Shown one piece after another: positions 56,387 through 64,000 of a stretch of DNA of 64,000 nucleotides. Made by a program: the position numbers and the translations under genes. The stretch is taken from the NCBI GenBank assembly GCA_019058365.1, contig JAHPZE010000012.1:13451-77450 (forward strand), read 5' to 3'. The notes below the pieces were generated by a model. That model worked only from the letters and a program-made list of their open reading frames with translations, was not told the DNA's origin and ran no database searches. How positions within the stretch are numbered: the stretch's first letter is position 1; the number at the start of each line of letters is the position of its first letter. Source of the stretch: Promethearchaeota archaeon. Its GTDB lineage: Archaea; Asgardarchaeota; Lokiarchaeia; Sigyniarchaeales; SOKP01.

Positions 56387-57212
56387 AATACACGCAATTA
56401 AAACCCAAAATCTTACCAAAAGTTTTGGAAATCTTCATGCTGTTAAAAAAGTAAATCTCAATATTCCTTATGGAAAAACTTACGGATTATTAGGACCAAA
56501 TGGTGCTGGAAAAACTACAACTGTAAGGATGCTCAATGCTATTATATCGAAAACCTCAGGAAATGCTTTTGTTGGAGGGTACGATATCGTAACCGAAAGT
56601 CAGAAAGTTAAAATGATATGCGGCTTTTTACCAGAATCCCCTGGATTATATTCTAAACTTACTGCCAAAGAATTCTTAGAATTTATTGGAGAATTATATT
56701 TTTTACCAAAGGATGTAATTTCCAATCGAATCAATGAATTAATAGAGTTATTTAATTTGGAAGGGCGAGAAAATGATCTTTTGGAAGGTTATTCAAGAGG
56801 AATGAAGCAGAAAGTCTGTCTATGTGCGGCTTTGATTCAAGATCCTGAAATATTATTTTTAGATGAGCCTACATCGAACTTAGATCCTGCTGCTGCTAGA
56901 ATGGTAAAAGATTTAATTTCTCAACTAGCTAAGAAAGCAGATAAGACAATTTTTATTTGTACCCATCTTCTTGATACAGCTGAAGAATTATGCGATATAA
57001 TTGGCATTATTATTGATGGACAACTAAAAATTGAAGGAACGCCAAAAGAAATAATTGAATCTGTTGGTGCTAAAGATTTAGAAGAAGCATATTTGAAAAT
57101 TACTGGAGCCTCTCATATGGATGATTTACTTAGCTGGCGAGAGGAGAATCCTAATAATAATGAATTTGGCAAGAATAAAAAAAATAAGAAGAAAGGTAAT
57201 AAATCGAGGTAG
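56379..57212 (+). CDS. ABC-2 type transporter ATP-binding protein
   Basis: GPNGAGKTT, YSRGMKQK, LFLDEPT, CTH. Confidence 0.95.
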   Translation: MSKIHAIKTQNLTKSFGNLHAVKKVNLNIPYGKTYGLLGPNGAGKTTTVRMLNAIISKTSGNAFVGGYDIVTESQKVKMICGFLPESPGLYSKLTAKEFLEFIGELYFLPKDVISNRINELIELFNLEGRENDLLEGYSRGMKQKVCLCAALIQDPEILFLDEPTSNLDPAAARMVKDLISQLAKKADKTIFICTHLLDTAEELCDIIGIIIDGQLKIEGTPKEIIESVGAKDLEEAYLKITGASHMDDLLSWREENPNNNEFGKNKKNKKKGNKSR

Positions 57213-57219
57213 AATATAG

Positions 57220-58899
57220 ATGACGGTTTTAACAACTGAAGAAGTAATTGATTCAACTGTAACTGATATTAAGAGAAAGGAATCCCTCGCTCTAATACAA
57301 GAAAAAAGAAGTTTATGGAAAATAGTAGCGAAGAATGAGATAAGAATTAGGACAAGTAATTTCAGAAATCATCGTATTTTATTTTTCATGGTATTATATT
57401 CGGTTCTATTGATATGGGCGTTGATAATTGCTCCCTATCTCTTCGATTTATTTATGCCAACTTTAGCAGTTCAATTTTCCGATGTATTTAAACCTGTAGT
57501 TGCAATTATCATCGAATCTATCATGATGATGCTATTTTTAGTGCTTGTAATATACCCATTGAATAATGTGTACAAGGAAGACGAAATTGGATCTAAAGAA
57601 ACATTACTGTCGACACCAGTTAAGGCAAATGATATATTTTTAGGGGAACTTCTAGGCAAATCTCCGATATTTTCAATTTCGATCTTGATACTTGCTCCAA
57701 TTATCGTTGGATTGATAAACCCCATCATCAATTTGACTGTAATCCAGTATATCATAATATATGGAACAGTTTTCGGCTATGTTTACTTTGCTAATCTGAT
57801 AGGATCAATTATCGGAAGCTGGATTGAACATAAAATTTCGAAAAATGAAAAAGCAAGGGATTTAGGAAAGGCTTTGATATGGGTATTTACCATTGTTTTA
57901 GTTGTTATAATGTATGCGATAATGTTTTTCCTTAATTTCCTGTTGGAGCACCCTGAACTAAAAAATTGGTTGGCATTTTATCCCTCTCTATGGTTTTCAA
58001 ATATTATATTATACTCTATTGATCCAGTTTTAATCAACACGTTCATACTGAATATATGGATAAGTATTCTATTAGCCGTTGTTATTCCGACTATTACTTT
58101 ATATTTTTCATATAAAAAAGCTGAATCATTTTATACTTTAGAAGGAGGTATTGAAAAGAGCCGTATTACGATCATCGAGCATGAAAATCCATTTTATGTG
58201 CTTGTAAGTAAAATTTCCGGGCGTAAGTGGGGTGGCTTAATTGTCATACAACTAAAGAGATTTTTCAGGAAAAAAGCTAATATTGCTAGAATTGCTTATG
58301 TAGTAGGGCTTTTAGTTTTTATGAGTTGGTTTATTTCAAGAATGGTTGAAGATGCAATTATGATAGTTTTCAGCTCCACTATATTGATCGCTATAGGAGG
58401 GGGAATAGGAAGTATAATTGTAGGACATCTCGCTTTTGTTGATTCAAAAGATTTAATATGGGTCTATAAGCGATCTCCAAGAGGAATAAAAGCAGTTGTA
58501 TATTCTTATCTGCTAATGATGTTAATATTCAACATTTTCTTAGCACTATTTGTTACCACAATGCTTACAATATTCTCGAATATTGATCTTCTCAATACGG
58601 TGATTTTCTTTGTCGAATTTCTATTATTTGCGCAGATATCAATGTGTCAAGCTATGGGTCTTCAATGTATTTCTCCCGCTTTCGGAGAGAAAGATTCAAG
58701 CATGAGAGGAAATATGATGATCTCTATGTTACTTTTGCAACCATTAATGTTTTTGCCAATAGGATTATTGATATTCTTTAGTCCAGGGAGTGCTGAGCTG
58801 ATGAGATTAATTATACAAGCTCCTCTGTTTCTATATAATATCGGGGTGAGTCTTCCACTGTTGTATTTTGGTATGAAAAAATTGAATCGACTTGAGTAG
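57220..58899 (+). CDS. ABC-2 type permease (duplicated, ~12-13 TM)
   Basis: Two halves with LLSTPV...DIFLG and KRSPRG motifs. Follows the ATPase gene. Confidence 0.85.
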   Translation: MTVLTTEEVIDSTVTDIKRKESLALIQEKRSLWKIVAKNEIRIRTSNFRNHRILFFMVLYSVLLIWALIIAPYLFDLFMPTLAVQFSDVFKPVVAIIIESIMMMLFLVLVIYPLNNVYKEDEIGSKETLLSTPVKANDIFLGELLGKSPIFSISILILAPIIVGLINPIINLTVIQYIIIYGTVFGYVYFANLIGSIIGSWIEHKISKNEKARDLGKALIWVFTIVLVVIMYAIMFFLNFLLEHPELKNWLAFYPSLWFSNIILYSIDPVLINTFILNIWISILLAVVIPTITLYFSYKKAESFYTLEGGIEKSRITIIEHENPFYVLVSKISGRKWGGLIVIQLKRFFRKKANIARIAYVVGLLVFMSWFISRMVEDAIMIVFSSTILIAIGGGIGSIIVGHLAFVDSKDLIWVYKRSPRGIKAVVYSYLLMMLIFNIFLALFVTTMLTIFSNIDLLNTVIFFVEFLLFAQISMCQAMGLQCISPAFGEKDSSMRGNMMISMLLLQPLMFLPIGLLIFFSPGSAELMRLIIQAPLFLYNIGVSLPLLYFGMKKLNRLE

Positions 58900-59000
58900 A
58901 ACTATAGCTGAGAACGATAACTGAATATATCTATAACTTTCTTTTTTTTTAGATTATCAATTATAAAATAAAAAAAATTAAATCAAAGGAGGAGAAATAA

Positions 59001-59096
59001 ATGGATAAGATATTACTTTTAAGAATCATAATAATCATTGCATTTACAGCAATTTTTGTAGTGTTTCTTATGAATTTCGTAGATAATATATCTTAA
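59001..59096 (+). CDS. 31-aa single-TM micropeptide (not in ORF track)
   Basis: MDKILLLRIIIIIAFTAIFVVFLMNFVDNIS*, preceded by a strong AAAGGAGGAG SD. Confidence 0.55.
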   Translation: MDKILLLRIIIIIAFTAIFVVFLMNFVDNIS

Positions 59097-59110
59097 GATT
59101 TGATATTAAG

Positions 59111-59758
59111 GTGAAAAAAATAACAGAAAAGATTGATTTAAAGGAAATTGAGAAAAAAACATGGAGATCGACACTCGAAGATGGAATTTTAGATATTTAT
59201 TTTGGTATATTAGTTTTAGGTATTGGTATGGGTATGACCCTTAGTCATGTGTTGCCTAATCCTTTCGATATATTTATACCATTTATTTTTATTGGAATTG
59301 GGTTAGCTTTTTTTTTAACTGCAAAAAAATTTATTACTCAAACTAGATTAGGTGTTGTAAAATTTGGATTTAAACGAAAAGGGCGTAAAAGAAAGACGTT
59401 AATTGCATTATCTGTAAATTTTATAATTATGTTAATCCTATTTTTAATCCGATTTACTAACCCTGAATTAAGCTTAGAATTTCCAGGATATTTAGATGGA
59501 TTAATTTTGGGTTTACTCTTTATAACTGCTCCTGTATGTTTTGCAGCATATTTCTTAAAATATCCCCGTTTTTACTTTACCGGTTTACTGGTGGGAGTAA
59601 GTTTCTTTTTATCAGATTTATTCTCAATTTTTATACCCGAACCTTTTGATACTTTAATAGTATTTGGCCTTTTAAGTGGTATAATAATAATTATGGGGAT
59701 TGTATTTTTAATCAAATTTCTCCGGAAATACCCATTATCTAAAGAGGAGATGGCTTAA
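59111..59758 (+). CDS. 6-TM membrane protein, tandem paralog 1
   Basis: IDLKEIEKK..R...EDG..DI, TRLGVVKFG, FLRKYPL. Confidence 0.85.
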   Translation: MKKITEKIDLKEIEKKTWRSTLEDGILDIYFGILVLGIGMGMTLSHVLPNPFDIFIPFIFIGIGLAFFLTAKKFITQTRLGVVKFGFKRKGRKRKTLIALSVNFIIMLILFLIRFTNPELSLEFPGYLDGLILGLLFITAPVCFAAYFLKYPRFYFTGLLVGVSFFLSDLFSIFIPEPFDTLIVFGLLSGIIIIMGIVFLIKFLRKYPLSKEEMA

Positions 59759-59761
59759 AAA

Positions 59762-60385
59762 ATGGCAGAGAATATTGATTTAAAGAAAATTGAGAAAAAT
59801 ATTCTCAAAACTGCTCATCAGCATGGTTTTTTTGATATTGTAATAGGTTTTATAGTTTTTGGAATGAGTTTTGGTCCTGTTTTCCGTGAGAGTCTACCCT
59901 CGCCATATAAATACTTTTTATGGCCATTGATTCTTGTTGTTATTGCAGAATTATTACTTTTTATTATTATCAAATATGTCGTTCAGCCTAGAACTGGAAT
60001 TGTTAAACCCGGACCTTCGCTAAAATCAATGAAAAAGAAGTTATTTATAGTTATTTCCATTCAATTTGTAATTCAATTAATTTTTACTATTTTATTGGTG
60101 ATTGGAAATGGTTCTGGAATACATGTAGAAGGAATTTTATTTATTTTAATTATAGGTTTATTTATTATACCTCTTTTCGGTATTATAGCTTATTTAATGA
60201 AATATCCACGATTATATTTAATCGGAATGCTTATATGGTTGGCGATATTCATCAATGAGCTATTATACGATTCCTTTGATTATAGATTAAGATGGCTTTT
60301 TTCATTTGGAATTATAGGAAGTATAATCTTTTTCATGGGTTTAGCAATTTTTATTCGATTTCTTAAAAAATATTCATTAACATAA
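59762..60385 (+). CDS. 6-TM membrane protein, tandem paralog 2
   Basis: IDLKKIEK......HG.FDI, PRTGIVKPG, FLKKYSL. Confidence 0.85.
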   Translation: MAENIDLKKIEKNILKTAHQHGFFDIVIGFIVFGMSFGPVFRESLPSPYKYFLWPLILVVIAELLLFIIIKYVVQPRTGIVKPGPSLKSMKKKLFIVISIQFVIQLIFTILLVIGNGSGIHVEGILFILIIGLFIIPLFGIIAYLMKYPRLYLIGMLIWLAIFINELLYDSFDYRLRWLFSFGIIGSIIFFMGLAIFIRFLKKYSLT

Positions 60386-60403
60386 GAGGGGGTGGTCTAA
60401 AAT

Positions 60404-61051
60404 ATGGTAGATAAAATTGATTTAAAGTCGCTTGAGAAAAAAGCTTATAGAAGTGTTTTTAATGATGGTCTATGGGATTTATTTATTGGATTGCTAATTT
60501 TAAATTTTGGAATAGGACCATTATTTAATTTACTTTTTGATTTACCTGAATTCTTTTTCATCATCATTTCATCTATATTATGGAACTTCATGGCTTTACT
60601 AATATTTATTTTAGGTAAAAAATATATAACAACCCCCCGCGTAGGATATGTTAAATTTGGACCAGAGCGCAAGTCAAAACAACTAAAGCTGAAGATATTT
60701 TTAATGATTGTATTTATTGTAAATGTGATTCTTCTCATTTTCCCTCTATCAGGTATAATAAATTATAGCCAAATTACACCTTTCCTTATAACATTATTAC
60801 TAGGTATTGGTATTTTTGCTTTTCCGTTTAGTGTCATTGCTTATTTCTTAGATTATACTAGACTATATTATTATGCTTTTTCGATAGCAATAGGCTTTTT
60901 TTTAATTAATTTAATAACTCCGATTGTAGGTAATCCATTAGGCATCATTATTATTTTTGGGGTTATAGGAGTAATAATTGTGATAATCGGGTTATACTAT
61001 TTTATTCTTTTCTTAAAAAAGTACCCCTTATCAAGAGAGGAGGTGTTATAA
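60404..61051 (+). CDS. 6-TM membrane protein, tandem paralog 3
   Basis: IDLKSLEKKAYRS...DGLWDL, PRVGYVKFG, FLKKYPL. Confidence 0.85.
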   Translation: MVDKIDLKSLEKKAYRSVFNDGLWDLFIGLLILNFGIGPLFNLLFDLPEFFFIIISSILWNFMALLIFILGKKYITTPRVGYVKFGPERKSKQLKLKIFLMIVFIVNVILLIFPLSGIINYSQITPFLITLLLGIGIFAFPFSVIAYFLDYTRLYYYAFSIAIGFFLINLITPIVGNPLGIIIIFGVIGVIIVIIGLYYFILFLKKYPLSREEVL

Positions 61052-61054
61052 AAA

Positions 61055-61390
61055 ATAGCAAAAAAGAAAACAGAATCAGAAGATATTATCCAACCACTTA
61101 GTGATATTAACAAGATCATTCATGAGCCAGCAAGGTTAATGATCATGTCATATTTATATGTAGTTGAGAGTGCTGATTTTGTTTTCTTGAGAAATCAAAC
61201 TAACCTAACAGATGGAAATTTATCCTCTCATTTAACTAAACTCGAATCTGCTGGATATCTTGAAATTGAGAAAAGATTTAAGGGCAAAAAGCCTCAAACA
61301 ATGCTGAAACTTAGTGCAAAAGGTCGAAAGGCTTTTGAACTCTATCGGAAAAAAATGGAACAAGTATTAGGTGGATTAAATGAAAAATGA
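61055..61390 (+). CDS. wHTH transcriptional regulator (HTH_34/ArsR-MarR-like), probable ATA start at 61055
   Basis: The family motif IIHEPARL lies upstream of the first ATG (61139). TDGNLSSHL..LE..GY and GRKAF are also present. Confidence 0.85.
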   Translation: MAKKKTESEDIIQPLSDINKIIHEPARLMIMSYLYVVESADFVFLRNQTNLTDGNLSSHLTKLESAGYLEIEKRFKGKKPQTMLKLSAKGRKAFELYRKKMEQVLGGLNEK

Positions 61391-61477
61391 TTATCTAATT
61401 TTAGGATTGGTATCCATCTTACCGAAATTCTTTTCCAGATTAAATAATCCTCATTTTTAATCCAATTTTTTCAAAAT

Positions 61478-61753
61478 CTAAAAAGATATTTCAATTGCCT
61501 GTGAAGGACATACTTCGACACATTTCATACAATCGGGACAAAATTTATCGGCGAAGGATTTAAAGATCATATGGATTTCAAATCTAATAGGTGCACCATC
61601 TTTATCTTTTTTTTTTAATGGCCTAAACATTAATAAAGATTTAGGACAAACCTCTAAACATTTTAAGCATTTAGTAGGGCGTAATTCAGTGGGATCATAA
61701 GGTAAATCACATTTTTTATGGTTATATTTGAATTTTACCATCTTTTTAATCAC
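61478..61753 (-). CDS. Ferredoxin-like 4Fe-4S protein
   Basis: C...CLKCLEVCP and CPDCMKCVEVCP. Confidence 0.8.
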   Translation of the reverse strand: MIKKMVKFKYNHKKCDLPYDPTELRPTKCLKCLEVCPKSLLMFRPLKKKDKDGAPIRFEIHMIFKSFADKFCPDCMKCVEVCPSQAIEISF

Positions 61754-61756
61754 TCC

Positions 61757-62605
61757 TCACCATATTTTCTTAGCTATTGAATGAGTATTTCGATCAACTA
61801 GTCTGATTGCGTTTTGCTCACAAACAAACCTACATTGTCCACATCCAAAACAGATTCTAGGATCTATATCGGCTCTACCATCCTCCCCTAAGCTAATTGC
61901 TCCAAATTGACAGTGTGAAATACATTCTCCACAGCTAATACATTCATCACTATTAACCTCAGCTACATATTCTGCTTTTCGATAAGTATTAGTTATACCA
62001 TACCATATTTTTGGTCTTGCAGCATAACAATATTGAGCCTCACAATTACATACACATGCTACTTGTGGCATATCCATCCACCAGAAAACAGTGTGTATAT
62101 AACCTTTTTCTGAAAATTGTTGTAACCATTCTTTTGCTTCTTCAGGGCTTAATCTCTTTTCTTTCCAATTTCTTGGTACTTTTCTATTAGTTTCAACTAA
62201 AGGTCCAAAATTTAAGCATTTAAATTCATCTTGTCCTTTAAAAAGCCTTTTACACATACATGGGTAAGCTACATGATCATAAGCTAGATCTGATATCTTT
62301 AATGCATCTTCTAATGGGACTACTTGTCCAGCATGGCTGCGTATTGCAAGATAATTACCATATGCCCTTGCTATATTACCAAAGAATGGAATTTTCGCCC
62401 AATCAACCATATCTAAAAGTTTAGATATGTCCAGAGGATACCATGCTGAATCTGCCCCATTAATCGCTTCTCTTACCATCTTGGGTTCTCTACCAAGAAT
62501 TCGATCTAACAGCGACAATTTATAGAAAAGTTCGCCGGAATACCCTTTAGGGTTAAAATACCATTTATCGTATCCTTCAGCATGCTTTCTACAATACTTA
62601 CACAT
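61757..62605 (-). CDS. 4Fe-4S dicluster protein with Cys-rich N-terminal region
   Basis: MCKYC, PCMCK, VCNC...C, CISCGECISHCQFGAI, CFGCGQCRFVC. Confidence 0.88.
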   Translation of the reverse strand: MCKYCRKHAEGYDKWYFNPKGYSGELFYKLSLLDRILGREPKMVREAINGADSAWYPLDISKLLDMVDWAKIPFFGNIARAYGNYLAIRSHAGQVVPLEDALKISDLAYDHVAYPCMCKRLFKGQDEFKCLNFGPLVETNRKVPRNWKEKRLSPEEAKEWLQQFSEKGYIHTVFWWMDMPQVACVCNCEAQYCYAARPKIWYGITNTYRKAEYVAEVNSDECISCGECISHCQFGAISLGEDGRADIDPRICFGCGQCRFVCEQNAIRLVDRNTHSIAKKIW

Positions 62606-62935
62606 TTAAAATACCTCCCAATATATCCATTTTTAAAGATAAAAATCAATATTAAATAAATTGTAATTAAAACTTATAAGGATTTATCAAAGCTAATATT
62701 AATACGTCTCCTTCTTATTTTTTGCTACAATCATTTCTGAGCAATCTATTACACTTTTAGTGGCCAATTCTGTTCCAATATATTTTTAATTTACCTAACT
62801 TAATTTTATGGTCGATAATCGTAGTAATTTAATATTCAAATATGATATAATATAGATATTTTAAATTCAATTTTAAAATGTCTTGGGCTTTAGAGATTAA
62901 TTGACTTTATTACAAATAAATAATTCAATAGAATT

Positions 62936-63742
62936 ATGCCAATTGTAGGAATAGATTATGAGAAATGCAATGATTGTAATATCTGTGTAACCACATGTAT
63001 ATTGTTTAGACGAGATAAAACACAAAATAAAATTGTCTTCAACAATTCAACAGAATTGTGCAATTTATGTGGTAAATGTATTGCAAAATGTCCCCAAGAT
63101 GCTATTATTTATGAAGGTATGGGAGAGGCGTACATTTATGAAGGAATTAATAAACCAGAAACTATAGCGTCTTATGAAACAATATATAAGTTTCTCAGAG
63201 CAAATCGATCAGTTCGACTTTATAAAAAGAAAAAAGTGCCAACTGATAATATAAGAAAAGTTTTTGAAGCAATGTCATATGCTCCTACTGCGGATAATAT
63301 GAGATCAGAACGATTTTCTATTTTATCAGAGCAAGACAAAATTAAAAATCTGAACGATGCGGTTTTAGAAGCAATCTTAAGTATACCAGAAATGAATGAA
63401 AGATATGGACTAATATTTAGACTTACTAGCAGAGTTTTCCATAGTCCTGTATATTTTGATGCCCCCCATGTTATTTTTGTGGACTCTTCAGAGGATTCTA
63501 AAATTGAGGCTACTAATATTGGAATTATAATTACTTATGGCAGATTAGCTGCACAAGCTCTCGGTCTAAGCACGTGTTGGAATGGATGGACACAAATAGC
63601 TATGAGGATTAATCCAAAAATAAAAGAATTGGCAAATATTAAAGGAAATACGGTCGGAGTTTTGATTATTGGGTATTCGGCAGAAAAATTTTATCGCGCT
63701 TCCCCACGATCTCCCAAACCTATTGATGGTTTGGAGGAGTAA
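62936..63742 (+). CDS. Nitroreductase family protein with N-terminal 2x4Fe-4S
   Basis: CNDCNICVTTC, CNLCGKCIAKCP, RSVRLYK, APTADN, LGLSTCWNG. Confidence 0.92.
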   Translation: MPIVGIDYEKCNDCNICVTTCILFRRDKTQNKIVFNNSTELCNLCGKCIAKCPQDAIIYEGMGEAYIYEGINKPETIASYETIYKFLRANRSVRLYKKKKVPTDNIRKVFEAMSYAPTADNMRSERFSILSEQDKIKNLNDAVLEAILSIPEMNERYGLIFRLTSRVFHSPVYFDAPHVIFVDSSEDSKIEATNIGIIITYGRLAAQALGLSTCWNGWTQIAMRINPKIKELANIKGNTVGVLIIGYSAEKFYRASPRSPKPIDGLEE

Positions 63743-63747
63743 ATATG

Positions 63748-64000
63748 CTAAAATATTGCATATTTAAAAATTTCGTCTTCAATGATCCACGCTTCAAGAA
63801 AGTCATCTCTTATTTTTGTATCCCATATATTATCAATATTTTTTATCCCTTCACTAAGATCCACTAATAACTCTTTGCCAACAGCGAATTGTTCATGAGA
63901 GGGATAAAGCTCAATGTTTTCAGATTTTTTATACAAATCTATTAATTTCGAAATACTTGAAAGAATGATGGGAAACGTCTTTTTAGTGAGATACATCATT
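63748..64000 (-). CDS. C-terminal fragment of a gene running off the window (possibly MBL-fold hydrolase)
   Basis: Frame is open to the window edge. LYPSHE resembles the MBL C-terminal P.H motif. Confidence 0.5.
   Translation of the reverse strand, partial: MMYLTKKTFPIILSSISKLIDLYKKSENIELYPSHEQFAVGKELLVDLSEGIKNIDNIWDTKIRDDFLEAWIIEDEIFKYAIF

Noticed and set aside
1-64000. rRNA, tRNA, integrase or transposase genes
   Set aside because: No GC-rich structured segment, cloverleaf or recombinase motif was found by eye. A covariance-model scan was not run.

Overview
AT-rich, gene-dense window from what looks like an Asgard archaeon (Lokiarchaeia/Promethearchaeota-like). This is inferred from an actin-family gene, a Roadblock-small GTPase fusion, a WD40 protein and Loki-style zinc-ribbon proteins, alongside archaeal metabolism (FrhB-family protein, corrinoid protein and MtaA-like methyltransferase). 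I found no rRNA, tRNA, CRISPR array or transposase. Main blocks: (1) 1-8.1 kb: Ig-repeat single-pass membrane protein, Roadblock-Rab-like GTPase, HEPN-MNT pair and a divergent actin. (2) 8-17 kb: redox, methyl-transfer and peptidase genes. (3) 17-23 kb: possible conflict genes (SIR2-TPR, a small AbrB-like ORF, a Zn-finger-HEPN protein). (4) 23-40 kb: mixed enzymes, including a DUF3795 gene with an in-frame TAG, a Staygreen homolog, a haloalkane dehalogenase, an orphan AbiEi, a GYG-less RCK channel and a degenerate UbiA. (5) 40-53 kb: putative uncharacterised redox-dependent glycoside catabolism cluster. (6) 56-61.4 kb: ABC exporter operon with a micropeptide, three tandem membrane paralogs and a wHTH regulator that appears to start at ATA. 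(7) Fe-S and nitroreductase genes. All family calls come from motif recognition by eye; no database searches were run.
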